Below, in pieces: positions 32,966-42,477 of a stretch of 58,629 nt of DNA. The position numbers were made by a program, and so were the translations under genes. This stretch comes from a virus: the IMG/VR virus record IMGVR_UViG_3300010384_000006. One strand, given 5' to 3'. Below the pieces are notes generated by a model that saw only the letters and a list, made by a program, of their open reading frames with translations, had not been told where the DNA came from and did no database searches. Position 1 is the stretch's first letter. Each line of letters begins with the position of its first letter.

Positions 32966-34224
32966 CCACCGAGACCACGAGCCCGACCCTGCACGAGCGG
33001 CTGAACATGGCCGTGACAGACGCCCTTGGCAGGGAAAACATTGTCGGCCATGTCGCGTTTGGATGGATGCACTCCGACAGTATCACCGCCATCGAGGCAG
33101 CCATCCGCGCCGAGGCGCAGGCCCCGCTGCGGGAAGAATTGTGGAAGACACTCGACATCCTCGGGAAGGCGTCTGACGCCTATGAAGCACTGAAGGCCGA
33201 GAACGCCGCCCTGCGCACGGCGGGGACAGAGATGCGTCATCAAACCAAGATCGTGCGTGACCGCCTGTGGTCGCTGACCGGTAATTACGAGGCGACCGAT
33301 GCAGCAATCAAGGCATGGGATGCCGCGACCACGCCCCGCGCGGAGGAGACACCGATGACCTCTGAAGAGTTTGCCGAGATTCTCATGCACGAGTTCGGTG
33401 GGCCGACCGAGAGCGAGAGCATGTACGAGATGGTGATCCGCCTGCTTCGCGACAAGGCCGCCCCCAGCCCGGACCGCGACGGCTGGAAAGCGGCAGAACA
33501 GGAATACACCGATGAGGTCAGCGATGAGTTTATCAGGGCGGACCGTGATCGTGCGTGGCAGGATGGGTACGCCGAAGGCCACCGCGAGGGACTGCGAACA
33601 GGTGCGCAGAACCTGCGCACCCTCGCTGACTCCATGACCGACCCCAGCCCGACCGATGCGGCGGGGGAGGACATGAAGCTCTTGGCTGATGTCCGCGCTC
33701 GTGTCAAGGGGCTGGAGCGCAAAGTCGGGAATCACGGCAACGTCATCTCCGAGCTGTACAACGGGCGCCAGTCGCTCAATCGCCGGTTCGGGAAGCTCAA
33801 GAAATCAACAAACAGCATGGCGATCGCCGTGTTTCCCCGGCTCGCGAAAATCGAAGATGGCCTCGCTGCCCTCGAACAGCGTGCCGATGATGCCCGCGAG
33901 CGGCTGGACACGCTTGGTGACGTATTCGCCGATGCCGAGATGGTTGACCAACGGTTTGATGCCATCGAGCGCCGTCACCGCAAGCTGCGCAAGCGAGTCC
34001 ATGCCCTGCGACGTGAGGCAGCTCATGTGGACTACGTGAGGACGGTCGAGGATCGCCTCGCCGCCCTGGAGGCGCGCACCACGCCGCAGCCGGTGGCCGT
34101 GACGGATGAGATGGCAAAAGTCGCACTGAGTGTCTGGGCGCCGGAGGCAGTGTCCAATCCTGGCCTTGTTGCCCTGATGCAGAGGGCTATGCAGACGGCG
34201 CTGGCGAAGGACGGTGGCAAGTGA
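32962..34224 (+). CDS. Large coiled-coil hypothetical protein
   Basis: Internal ATG (residue 54) of ORF 32803-34224, ATGA-coupled. 420 aa. Confidence 0.55.
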   Translation: MTTETTSPTLHERLNMAVTDALGRENIVGHVAFGWMHSDSITAIEAAIRAEAQAPLREELWKTLDILGKASDAYEALKAENAALRTAGTEMRHQTKIVRDRLWSLTGNYEATDAAIKAWDAATTPRAEETPMTSEEFAEILMHEFGGPTESESMYEMVIRLLRDKAAPSPDRDGWKAAEQEYTDEVSDEFIRADRDRAWQDGYAEGHREGLRTGAQNLRTLADSMTDPSPTDAAGEDMKLLADVRARVKGLERKVGNHGNVISELYNGRQSLNRRFGKLKKSTNSMAIAVFPRLAKIEDGLAALEQRADDARERLDTLGDVFADAEMVDQRFDAIERRHRKLRKRVHALRREAAHVDYVRTVEDRLAALEARTTPQPVAVTDEMAKVALSVWAPEAVSNPGLVALMQRAMQTALAKDGGK

Positions 34225-34451
34225 GTAAGAAGGCGATCTATCGACTCACACGCAACCGGCCCAACGGAGAGGTGCAGTCGTTCGATTACGATCGCAGCCG
34301 CGACGCAGGCAATGCCGTTTTTCACTCGCTCCTGGACAACGGCTACGTCCGGGAGCGAAAGGAAGCGACACGGCTGGCATACCAGGCGGAGACGACTGGT
34401 GAGGTCGTCGTCGATGGACACTGGTACCGGATTGAGCGGGTGCATCCATGA
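34221..34451 (+). CDS. Hypothetical protein
   Basis: 76 aa. GTG start overlapping the upstream stop. Confidence 0.45.
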   Translation: MSKKAIYRLTRNRPNGEVQSFDYDRSRDAGNAVFHSLLDNGYVRERKEATRLAYQAETTGEVVVDGHWYRIERVHP

Positions 34452-34795
34452 CCACCTACACCCTCCGCATCCCGGTCACCGCCTACCGGGTCAACGACGA
34501 CGGCAGCCTGCCGGAGGAGGCGCGGGAGGCGATGGACGGTCGCGTCGTCAACCTGAGACGCGTGACCGGCGAGCAGAGCGATCGTGAGATGCGACAGCTT
34601 ATCGACATCAAGCATTACGTGCCCTGGTTCATCGTCCCGGACCGCCACTACGATTATTGGCACTGGTGGGACGAGGGGACAAGCGAGCGCTACAAGGCCA
34701 GCGCCGGGGACTGGGTCGTGGTGAGCGAGTACGGCGTCGAGGCGATGAGCGACGCGGCCTTCCGCGAGCTGTGCGAGGAGGTGGGCGATGCCTGA
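34448..34795 (+). CDS. Hypothetical protein
   Basis: 115 aa ORF, ATGA-coupled. Confidence 0.5.
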   Translation: MTTYTLRIPVTAYRVNDDGSLPEEAREAMDGRVVNLRRVTGEQSDREMRQLIDIKHYVPWFIVPDRHYDYWHWWDEGTSERYKASAGDWVVVSEYGVEAMSDAAFRELCEEVGDA

Positions 34796-35204
34796 CGCCC
34801 TCACCGTCCATATCGACCAAACGCCGCACGATTACCTCTCCCCGAATGCGGGAAAGCACCGGCGCACCCGTGAACCGTACGCCGAAGCGCTCAAAGCCGC
34901 CGCAGCGTCCGGGACCATCAACGCCCTGGCCGGTAAGCGATGGCACTGGGACGGTCCGATCCGGCTCCGGATCGAGGTCTACTGGGGCCGGAAACCGTCG
35001 GGGCACTGGCACAAGACGATGGACTGGGACAACCTGCTGGCCAGCTGCAAGGCGGCAATCGACGGCATCTTCGTCAAGCTGGGAGCCGATGACCGCCAGA
35101 TCGCCCAGTTCGACACGCCGAAGCAGTTCCGCGATCCGGCGGGCACGGGCTACATGGTGTTTACGCTGGAGCCGATTGCGGAAGCGGGGAGAGAGGCAGC
35201 GTAG
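34788..35204 (+). CDS. rusA: RusA-like Holliday junction resolvase
   Basis: 138 aa. DWDNLLASCKAAIDGI...ADDRQI acidic motifs typical of RusA. Confidence 0.7.
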   Translation: MPDALTVHIDQTPHDYLSPNAGKHRRTREPYAEALKAAAASGTINALAGKRWHWDGPIRLRIEVYWGRKPSGHWHKTMDWDNLLASCKAAIDGIFVKLGADDRQIAQFDTPKQFRDPAGTGYMVFTLEPIAEAGREAA

Positions 35205-35482
35205 TGGCACATCCCACGATTCAACAGATCGTCATCCTTCGGGAGATTGAACGGTCCGGCGAGGCGAATGCGTACAGCCTCTTCCGCGCAACGAACGGTC
35301 GGAAAATCTGCTCGGTCGCACTGCCATCGGCGTATCGGATCATCAACGGCCTCCTCAGGGCGAACCTGATCACCCAGACGCGGACCGAGACTGCAAGCAG
35401 GAACCGTATGCCGATGCCGTTCTATGCCCTGACCGACGAAGGCCGGGCGGTGCTCCGGAGCGTGCAGGAGGCGTTGGCATGA
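35204..35482 (+). CDS. Winged-helix transcriptional regulator (PadR/MarR-like)
   Basis: 92 aa. ILREIERSGEANAYSLF...INGLLRANLITQ. Confidence 0.5.
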   Translation: MAHPTIQQIVILREIERSGEANAYSLFRATNGRKICSVALPSAYRIINGLLRANLITQTRTETASRNRMPMPFYALTDEGRAVLRSVQEALA

Positions 35483-35751
35483 GCACAGGCAAGCAGGACG
35501 ACGCCGCAGGACCGACTGTTCGCCACATCCGGTCCGCCATGACGGCCGTGGACAAGATCGTCGCGCTGGACATCAGTCACACTGAACGGTCCGTAGCCCT
35601 ACTGCGCATCCTCCAGTACACCCGGACGCTCTGGGAGGCCGAGGACAACACCGCGATCATGTCAGACGACCCGCGAGAAATAGCGGCAAGAGAGCAGCGC
35701 TGGGAAACGTTCAAACGATCGTTCGCTGAACGGGAGCGAGGCGAGCTATGA
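35479..35751 (+). CDS. Hypothetical protein
   Basis: 90 aa ORF, ATGA-coupled. Confidence 0.5.
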   Translation: MSTGKQDDAAGPTVRHIRSAMTAVDKIVALDISHTERSVALLRILQYTRTLWEAEDNTAIMSDDPREIAAREQRWETFKRSFAERERGEL

Positions 35752-36071
35752 GCATCGAGCGACGCTGGGCATTCGTCGATGCCTCCGACGAAGACGGCAA
35801 CATGATCGGCAACCTCGTCATGATCACCCAGAAGCCCCGGCCTTTCGGCGGACCGGGAAGCTGGGCAGACCAGAAGCGACAGAGCCGAATTGGTATGCGG
35901 ATTTCGCATGCCGCGCTCGCTGAGGACCTGGGCATGACGGCAGCGGACATCAGCGCGATTGAGCGTGGCGAAGTGGATGCGCCCCCAGACCTTCGTGCCC
36001 GTTGGGATCGCGCATTGCTCATTCGTGCGATTGCGATCATCAATCGAGAGGCAGGGGTGGCGAATGAGTGA
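35748..36071 (+). CDS. Protein with C-terminal XRE-like HTH
   Basis: ISHAALAEDLGMTAADISAIERG. Confidence 0.5.
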   Translation: MSIERRWAFVDASDEDGNMIGNLVMITQKPRPFGGPGSWADQKRQSRIGMRISHAALAEDLGMTAADISAIERGEVDAPPDLRARWDRALLIRAIAIINREAGVANE

Positions 36072-36294
36072 GAGCATCACAATCGCGGAGTGGGCAGCAC
36101 AGGTGCACCGTCGCCGCATTGATGCCGAGATCACGATCTGGGACATGGCACAGGCACTTCAACGCCGCCTCGGTCCGGTGTACACGCCGCTGCTGGTGAG
36201 AAGTGTTGAGTTCGGGCGGGAGATCATCAGTCCGGCTGAGATGTGGATCTGGAATGAGGAGCTTGAACGGATGGAAGGAGAGCGCACGCCATGA
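36064..36294 (+). CDS. Small HTH-like protein
   Basis: Internal ATG (residue 36) of ORF 35959-36294, with an 8-nt overlap with the upstream gene. Confidence 0.45.
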   Translation: MSESITIAEWAAQVHRRRIDAEITIWDMAQALQRRLGPVYTPLLVRSVEFGREIISPAEMWIWNEELERMEGERTP

Positions 36295-36512
36295 CCACCC
36301 CGAAGCCCGGCCCCTGGCGCTGCCTTTCCTGTCGTGCCGACCTTGGCCGCGTCACCAAATCCGGAGACCTCATCGTCACCGCCCGGCCTGCCATGATCGA
36401 CATTACGCGGCTGGCGGTCGTGGTCCGCTGCCCGGCGTGCGGGGAGCCGCGAGCGTTCACCGGCAGGCGCGTCGTTGCTGATCTGCCGACGTCTTCCCCG
36501 ATGGCGGCGTAG
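36291..36512 (+). CDS. Com-like zinc-ribbon protein (paralog 2 of 3, divergent)
   Basis: 73 aa. WRCLSCRADLGRV ... VRCPACGE. Last gene before the terS intergenic region. Confidence 0.5.
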   Translation: MTTPKPGPWRCLSCRADLGRVTKSGDLIVTARPAMIDITRLAVVVRCPACGEPRAFTGRRVVADLPTSSPMAA

Positions 36513-36567
36513 TCGGGTATACTTATCGTCAATCGAGCAGATGGCTTCCGGGGCCGTCACTAGGTCT

Positions 36568-36584
36568 GTAGAGATGATCTCTAC
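36568..36584. promoter_or_regulatory. 17-bp palindrome GTAGAGAT-G-ATCTCTAC upstream of terS
   Basis: Read directly. Flanked by GGTCTG direct repeats and followed by TTTTCTG x2 and CTGAACAC x2. Confidence 0.4.
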
Positions 36585-36631
36585 GGTCTGGTGGCGGCTT
36601 TTCTGTTTTCTGAACACAGGCCGCTGAACAC

Positions 36632-37030
36632 ATGCCAGGAACGAAGCATCAGGAGATTACCGAACGCCGGGCGGAGATTGCCAAGCTCCGTCTTGCTGGC
36701 GTTCGCAATCAACGGCTGCTTGCTTCCCGGTTTGGTGTCAGCGCTGCCACGATCAATAGCGACTTCAAGGCCATTGACGCCGAGTGGAAGCGGCAGGCGA
36801 CCGCGTACACCGACGAGTACAAGGCCATCCAGAACGAACGCTACGAAGCGCTGATCGCCGCCCACTGGGAAAAAGCAATGGGCGGCAAGGGCTTCGATAC
36901 CGACCGTGTGCTGGCGGCGATGGCGGGACAGGCGAAGCTGCTCGGTCTTGATGCTCCGGCGAAGCAGGATATCAATCTCGATCAAGTCACGTACCAGATC
37001 GTCGGGATGTCGCCGGAGGATCTTGCCTGA
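36632..37030 (+). CDS. terS: Terminase small subunit
   Basis: 132 aa. N-terminal HTH (RLLASRFGVSAATINSDF). Immediately upstream of, and coupled to, terL. Confidence 0.7.
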   Translation: MPGTKHQEITERRAEIAKLRLAGVRNQRLLASRFGVSAATINSDFKAIDAEWKRQATAYTDEYKAIQNERYEALIAAHWEKAMGGKGFDTDRVLAAMAGQAKLLGLDAPAKQDINLDQVTYQIVGMSPEDLA

Positions 37031-38292
37031 TGGCTCAGCAGCTTGCGACAACCATGCAACGCTACTGGCCGGTCGGTGGGGCGCGTGAGCTGATCATGGC
37101 TCGTGATCCTGAAGTCCTCATTGCTGGTCCTGGTGGGACCGGCAAGACATTGGCATCCTGCTACAAGCTCCATTTTGCGGCGCTCAAATACCCCGGCGTG
37201 CGTCTGCTCATGGCACGCAAGGTCCTTGAGGACCTGAAGACCGGGGCACTCTCCACGTTCATCAACATCGTGCAGCCGCAACTAGCCGGTGTCCGGCAAT
37301 TCGGGGGCAATCGCTTCTACCCGGCTGAGTTTCGGTACCCGAACGGTTCGGTGATGATGGTCGTCGGGATGGACAAGCCGGGCAAGGTCATGTCAGCCGA
37401 ATTCGATATGGCCTACGTCAACGAGGCAACCGAGCTGAACGAGACGGACTGGGAAGCACTCTCGACACGACTTCGCAACGGCAAGATGCCCTATCAGATG
37501 CTCTTCGGTGACTGCAACCCGTCTGGCGCACGGCACTGGCTCAACCTCCGCTGCAACGATGGGAGGACCAGACGGATCGTATCGGTCCACAAGGACAATC
37601 CCGCTTACTGGGATCCGATCCGCGAGGAGTGGACACCGATAGGCCAGCGCTACGTCAACGAGAATCTGAAGAACCTCACCGGGGCGATGCGGAAGCGGAT
37701 GTACGACGGCATCTGGGCATCTGCCGAGGGTATGGTCTACGACGGGTTCACGGATGAGCACATCCGCTCCCAAGACGTAGACGGCTGGCGAACCATCCTT
37801 GCGGTAGACGTTGGCTCTCGCAATCCCACTGCGATCCTCACGATCCACATTGCCGGTGACGAGCGCGTCCATGTCAGTCGTGAGGTCTACCGCCGGAATA
37901 TGACTGCATCGGAGATCGTCGCAGCGGTTGAGACTGAGGCCGACCTGAGCAAGCCCGACACGATCTTCCTCGACCCGAGTGCCAAGGGCTACATCGATGA
38001 CCTCATTCGCGATGGCTATCCGGCCGAGAAGGCGGAGAACGATGTACTCGTTGGCATCCAGCGCGTGCAGGCGGTGATTGCCCACGGATTCAGCGTCGAT
38101 CCGGCGTGCGTCAATCTGATCGAGGAGTTCGGGATGTACGCCTATCCCGACAATCCCAAGGTGGAGACAGACAAGCCCGTGAAGGATCATGACCACGCAC
38201 TCGACGCCCTCCGGTATGGCATCGTCGGCATCACGGCCCCGATGATCGACCTCGCCGCCTACTACCGCAGCCAGACGAGGAGCGCCGCATGA
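37030..38292 (+). CDS. terL: Terminase large subunit
   Basis: Walker A GPGGTGKT, Walker B FDMAYVNEATE. C-terminal nuclease-like region with acidic motifs. Confidence 0.9.
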   Translation: MAQQLATTMQRYWPVGGARELIMARDPEVLIAGPGGTGKTLASCYKLHFAALKYPGVRLLMARKVLEDLKTGALSTFINIVQPQLAGVRQFGGNRFYPAEFRYPNGSVMMVVGMDKPGKVMSAEFDMAYVNEATELNETDWEALSTRLRNGKMPYQMLFGDCNPSGARHWLNLRCNDGRTRRIVSVHKDNPAYWDPIREEWTPIGQRYVNENLKNLTGAMRKRMYDGIWASAEGMVYDGFTDEHIRSQDVDGWRTILAVDVGSRNPTAILTIHIAGDERVHVSREVYRRNMTASEIVAAVETEADLSKPDTIFLDPSAKGYIDDLIRDGYPAEKAENDVLVGIQRVQAVIAHGFSVDPACVNLIEEFGMYAYPDNPKVETDKPVKDHDHALDALRYGIVGITAPMIDLAAYYRSQTRSAA

Positions 38293-39839
38293 GCATCCTC
38301 ACCGCGATCCGCGACTACTGGCTGGCCGAACCGCGCGCACAGAAGGCGATGCTGCTCCGCTCGGCTCCGCCGATGTATCCCCAGTACCAGATAGGCAAGC
38401 CGCAGTACCCGTCCCGATCGCTGGAGACGTACGACCAGCAGGCTTATCGCAAGTCAGCCTTGATCTTCCGGTGCGTGCAGTACGTCGCAAACGCAGCTGG
38501 TGCCGCCCCGGTCCGGCTGGATCGCATGGTCGACGGTGAGCCGGTGCAGGATACCGACAATGACCTTGCCAAGCTGCTCAAGCAGCCGAACGTGGGCATG
38601 GGCGAATCCCGGTTCATCAGCTTCATCGCGCTGAACATGCTGGTGGCCGGGTTCATTGTCGTCGAGAAGGAGCGGGACGCACTCGGCCGGGTGATTCGGC
38701 TCTGGCCGCTCCGGACTGACTGGCTCAAGTGGATACCACGCAACGACGGCATGGTCGACTGGGAGTACCGCAGGCCCGGCAGTTACGAGAGCCGCATCCT
38801 GCTTGCCGAGGACGTCATCCCGGCCACCTATGCTGATGTGCCGAACGGGACGCCGACGGGCATCGGCCCGCTGGAGGTGATGCTGCGAGAGATCGGCATC
38901 TCGTCCGGGTTGACCGACTTCCTCAAGACGTTCCTCGACCGGGGCGCCCTCCCGCTCTACGCCCTGATCCCGTCCGACGACGCTCAGGTTGCCCGGCAGT
39001 GGATGGACCCGGCGATGCAGGAAGCGGTCCGGCAGGCGTGGCGGGACCGGTACCAGGGCGTTCGCAACGCGGTCGATCCGCTGCCGCTTGCTGGCGTCAA
39101 GGACGTGCGGCCGATCGGGATGAACTTCAACGAGCTCGCCTATCCGGATCTCAACAACCTCACCGACGCCCGTATCTGCATGGGCTTCGGCGTCTCGCCG
39201 ATCCTCATTGACGCCCAGGTTGGCCTTCAGCAGTCCACGTACAGCAACAAGACCGAGGCCCGCCGCAGCTTCTACGAGGACACGATGACGTACCTCTGGA
39301 GCAGGCTGGACGATGCGTTCACCCGCCACCTGCTCCCCGAGTTCGTCACCGATCCGACCTACAACCTCTCGTTCGACACGAGCGACATCCCGGCGCTCAA
39401 GGATGACCGGGACAAGCGGATGGTGACGGCGACGACGGCGCTGCGAGCCGGTGGGCTGACGATCAACAGCTTCCTCGGCGAGGTGGGCATGAAAGCCGTG
39501 GAGGGCGGCGACGTCTTCCTGATTCCGAGCGGCGTCAACCCGGTGCGCGAGGAGGAATTGAAGGAGTTGGGCAAGGTGGCTGATGAGCAGGAGAGCGCCG
39601 ATGCGACCGCCGAGAGTACCGATGCCGAGACTGATCCGGATGCCGAGAATGACGCTGCCAGCGCCGATGAGACCAAGGGTGCTGGGGATGCTCCGGAAGC
39701 GCGGACGGTCCCGCCGCTCGGGGCGATCCTGATCACCGAGAGCGACGTGGACAAGGCCGTGGACTGGTTCGACGGGGAGTTCCCGGAGCTGGCCGGCCTG
39801 CTCGATGCCGAAGTGGTGGAAGAGGAAGGCGAGGATTGA
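38289..39839 (+). CDS. Portal protein (HK97-family type)
   Basis: 516 aa, ATGA-coupled to terL. LLKQPN...FIVVEK...LWPLR pattern and an acidic C-terminal tail. Confidence 0.85.
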   Translation: MSILTAIRDYWLAEPRAQKAMLLRSAPPMYPQYQIGKPQYPSRSLETYDQQAYRKSALIFRCVQYVANAAGAAPVRLDRMVDGEPVQDTDNDLAKLLKQPNVGMGESRFISFIALNMLVAGFIVVEKERDALGRVIRLWPLRTDWLKWIPRNDGMVDWEYRRPGSYESRILLAEDVIPATYADVPNGTPTGIGPLEVMLREIGISSGLTDFLKTFLDRGALPLYALIPSDDAQVARQWMDPAMQEAVRQAWRDRYQGVRNAVDPLPLAGVKDVRPIGMNFNELAYPDLNNLTDARICMGFGVSPILIDAQVGLQQSTYSNKTEARRSFYEDTMTYLWSRLDDAFTRHLLPEFVTDPTYNLSFDTSDIPALKDDRDKRMVTATTALRAGGLTINSFLGEVGMKAVEGGDVFLIPSGVNPVREEELKELGKVADEQESADATAESTDAETDPDAENDAASADETKGAGDAPEARTVPPLGAILITESDVDKAVDWFDGEFPELAGLLDAEVVEEEGED

Positions 39840-40081
39840 TGTCCGTGGCGATTAAGTTGGAACCGCCCGCCGATATCTCCGACCAGCAGCTTCGCGACTG
39901 GATTGACGAGCGGCCATGGATTGAGGTCAAGGAAATCGGCTTCCCTTCATGGCCATATCCGGTTCGTACTCCCTACATGATCGTCGAAAAGCAGGGGGTG
40001 CTGATGCGGTTTGAGGGCAACACGTTCCGGGACATCACCAACAGGATCGACAAGTTCCATCGACTGGAGGGCGAGGAATGA
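39839..40081 (+). CDS. Hypothetical protein
   Basis: ATG at 39839 overlaps the portal stop. The track start 39836 is TTG. Confidence 0.45.
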   Translation: MSVAIKLEPPADISDQQLRDWIDERPWIEVKEIGFPSWPYPVRTPYMIVEKQGVLMRFEGNTFRDITNRIDKFHRLEGEE

Positions 40082-40308
40082 CTCACAAGCGCAAGTGCTC
40101 CCTCTCAGCCACGGTCAGCCTGCGACCGGTATCGCTGACACGAAGCGTGATTTCCGGATCCTACCCGTATCGCCTCACGTTTTCGGGAGAGTTCGACGCG
40201 GACAGCATCGATAGCGCGGGGGCGTTCATGCAGTCGCTCAAGGACCTCGTGGAGCATTGGGTTCCGGTGCAAGAGCGTGGCGATCCAACCGCAGAGGGGG
40301 AGTCCTGA
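40078..40308 (+). CDS. Hypothetical protein
   Basis: 76 aa ORF, ATGA-coupled. Confidence 0.45.
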   Translation: MTHKRKCSLSATVSLRPVSLTRSVISGSYPYRLTFSGEFDADSIDSAGAFMQSLKDLVEHWVPVQERGDPTAEGES

Positions 40309-40559
40309 TGTCTTCCGCCAGCATTGCCGACAACGATCACAGCAACGACACCCTTGCCCGTGTCGGCGAGCGTGACCAGAAGAATGCCCACGCCAAGGAT
40401 GCCGCGCTCGATGCGTGGAACACCGGAACAATCGACGGCGCACAGGTCGCCGCGTTCTGGTCCTCATTGAGTGCGATGCCGGACGCCGTGCGTGCGAATC
40501 TGACCAACCTCTACATCGGCACGATCATGCGCGATGCGGCATCGAGGTGTGAACGATGA
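40308..40559 (+). CDS. Hypothetical protein
   Basis: Internal ATG (residue 18) of ORF 40257-40559, TGATG-coupled. Confidence 0.45.
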   Translation: MSSASIADNDHSNDTLARVGERDQKNAHAKDAALDAWNTGTIDGAQVAAFWSSLSAMPDAVRANLTNLYIGTIMRDAASRCER

Positions 40560-41179
40560 ATGATGAAAAGCGATCGGCTTCGATGGTGCAGGCTGCGAGG
40601 AACAGCGGGAATACATACCTGAATCCTGATGGTGTGTCGTTCGATGATCTCGACCATCAGAGCTACGTCGACGTTGAGCCGGGAGAGTGGACGCGGCCCG
40701 TGAAGCGGCTCGAACTCAAGGCGATCAGCGATCACGCCTTCGGTCTCTTCGAGGGCGAGACACTGATGCGCCGTGTGCTCTATGAGGCAAGGATCGATCT
40801 GAGTCCCGGCTTCAAGCGCAAGATGACGCTGGTCGCTGATCCTCGCGAGGCACGCATTCTCGGTCCGTACGGCGAACTGGAGATCATCTTCGGCGGCGTC
40901 TCGTTCCTCCGGTCTAAGGATCAGGTGGAGATCCTCTGGCGCTACGAGGAAGCTCCGCTGTGCTTTCCCAAGGAATCGGGGGAAGAGGTCACGATTCGCC
41001 GATCCGGGAGCGGGCGAGGGCATTGCTGGGTCGTCGCCAAGGATTCACCTGTTGGCACTGTGACCGACGCCATGGTGCGGGCCTACTACGACGCGCAGGG
41101 TGTCACACCTCCCGGGCCTCACACCAACATGTACCGGATGGTGAAAGAGTCGCTGATCGCGGCGCTCGGGGCGAAGTAG
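40556..41179 (+). CDS. Hypothetical head-module protein
   Basis: 207 aa ORF, ATGA-coupled. Confidence 0.55.
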   Translation: MNDEKRSASMVQAARNSGNTYLNPDGVSFDDLDHQSYVDVEPGEWTRPVKRLELKAISDHAFGLFEGETLMRRVLYEARIDLSPGFKRKMTLVADPREARILGPYGELEIIFGGVSFLRSKDQVEILWRYEEAPLCFPKESGEEVTIRRSGSGRGHCWVVAKDSPVGTVTDAMVRAYYDAQGVTPPGPHTNMYRMVKESLIAALGAK

Positions 41180-41181
41180 CC

Positions 41182-41835
41182 ATGGCCTTCCGCTGGGACG
41201 CCACCCTCCGCCGCTACCGCAACGCCGAATCCGGGCGCTTCGTCCGCGAGAGCATTGTGCGCTCCATCCGGCAGGGCATCATCGACCGCGCGACGGCCGA
41301 GGTGGATGCGCTGAGCGGCAAGCTGGCGAGCGGTGACCTCAGCGTGGAGGACTGGACGCTCCAGATGCGCGACCTCGTCAAGCGGACGGTGATCGACCAA
41401 TACCTGATGGGGAGAGGAGGCCGCAATGCGATGACGCAGCGGGACTGGGGGCGGATCGGCTACATCCTGCGCACCCAATACAGCTACCTCCAGGGATTCG
41501 CCGCCGAGGTGGATGCTGGATCGCTCAGCGCCGAGCAGATCGCGGCGCGGGCTCGGATGTACATCGCGGCGACGTGGAGTGTGTTCGACCGGGCGACCGG
41601 GGCAGCGTGGCAGATCGTCCTCCCGGCTCAGCCGGGCGAAGGCGTGCGCTGCCGCGGAAACTGCCGCTGCCGGTGGGAGGTGAAGGCGAACAAGGAGAAC
41701 GGGACGATCGAGGCAACATGGGTGCTCGACAGTGGAGCCGAGCACTGCGAGGACTGTCTGCGACGGGCGGAGCAATGGGCGCCACTCGTCTTTCCGGCGC
41801 CACTGCCGGGTATCGACACGCCGATCACGGCGTAG
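41182..41835 (+). CDS. Head morphogenesis protein (SPP1 gp7 / Mu F-like)
   Basis: Internal ATG (residue 75) of ORF 40960-41835. Lies between the portal and the protease. C-terminal Cys cluster CRGNCRCRW...HCEDC. Confidence 0.5.
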   Translation: MAFRWDATLRRYRNAESGRFVRESIVRSIRQGIIDRATAEVDALSGKLASGDLSVEDWTLQMRDLVKRTVIDQYLMGRGGRNAMTQRDWGRIGYILRTQYSYLQGFAAEVDAGSLSAEQIAARARMYIAATWSVFDRATGAAWQIVLPAQPGEGVRCRGNCRCRWEVKANKENGTIEATWVLDSGAEHCEDCLRRAEQWAPLVFPAPLPGIDTPITA

Positions 41836-41847
41836 GAAGGCACAACT

Positions 41848-42051
41848 GTGGGTAACAACTCGCCAGGGGCAAACAAGAACGCCAAGAACTGGATCAAACC
41901 GGCCGCATTGGCGACCACGGCAGGGACGTATCAGGACCCGCTGGTGCTGAACGGCAACTACCTGTGGGTGGATGCGACGGGCAAGCTGCGGATCAGCGCG
42001 ACGAAGCCGGTCAGCGATACCGGCGGCACGGTCGTTGGAGCGCAGACGTAG
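41848..42051 (+). CDS. Hypothetical protein
   Basis: 67 aa. GTG start 7 nt after AGGAAGG. Confidence 0.45.
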   Translation: MGNNSPGANKNAKNWIKPAALATTAGTYQDPLVLNGNYLWVDATGKLRISATKPVSDTGGTVVGAQT

Positions 42052-42062
42052 GAGGTTGGGGG

Positions 42063-42323
42063 ATGATCGCACGCAGCACGCCCATCGGCGTCAAGTTAGG
42101 GGAGACGACGGTACGTGCTGCGACGATCGCCACGGAATCCGGTCGCACGTGGTGCCATTGCCCGTCCTGTCGCCAGAAGCTCGCCGAGATCACCGGCGAC
42201 CGGCTGGTGATCGCCAAGGGGCCGGTCCGGATCATCGTCCACTTCTGCAACGACCAGGACTTGGTATGCTGGCGATGTCACGAGACGGTGACGGTGCGGG
42301 CAGCGGAGGCAAAAGCCGCGTGA
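42063..42323 (+). CDS. Com-like zinc-ribbon protein (paralog 3 of 3)
   Basis: Internal ATG (residue 34) of ORF 41964-42323, after AGGAGG. CPSCRQKLAEITGDRLVI...CWRC. Close paralog of 95-319. Confidence 0.6.
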   Translation: MIARSTPIGVKLGETTVRAATIATESGRTWCHCPSCRQKLAEITGDRLVIAKGPVRIIVHFCNDQDLVCWRCHETVTVRAAEAKAA

Positions 42324-42477
42324 CGCACTGTACGTCCTGAGCGTGCTATGATATGGTCAAGATGAATACGGGCTAGCCACCACCGCCCAAAGAGAGCGCA
42401 CGTCAGCGCCGTGGTGATCACTTCCGAGCAGGAGGTCGATCCCACGGCGTTTTTCGTTGCTCGGAGTGGTTGCGGCA

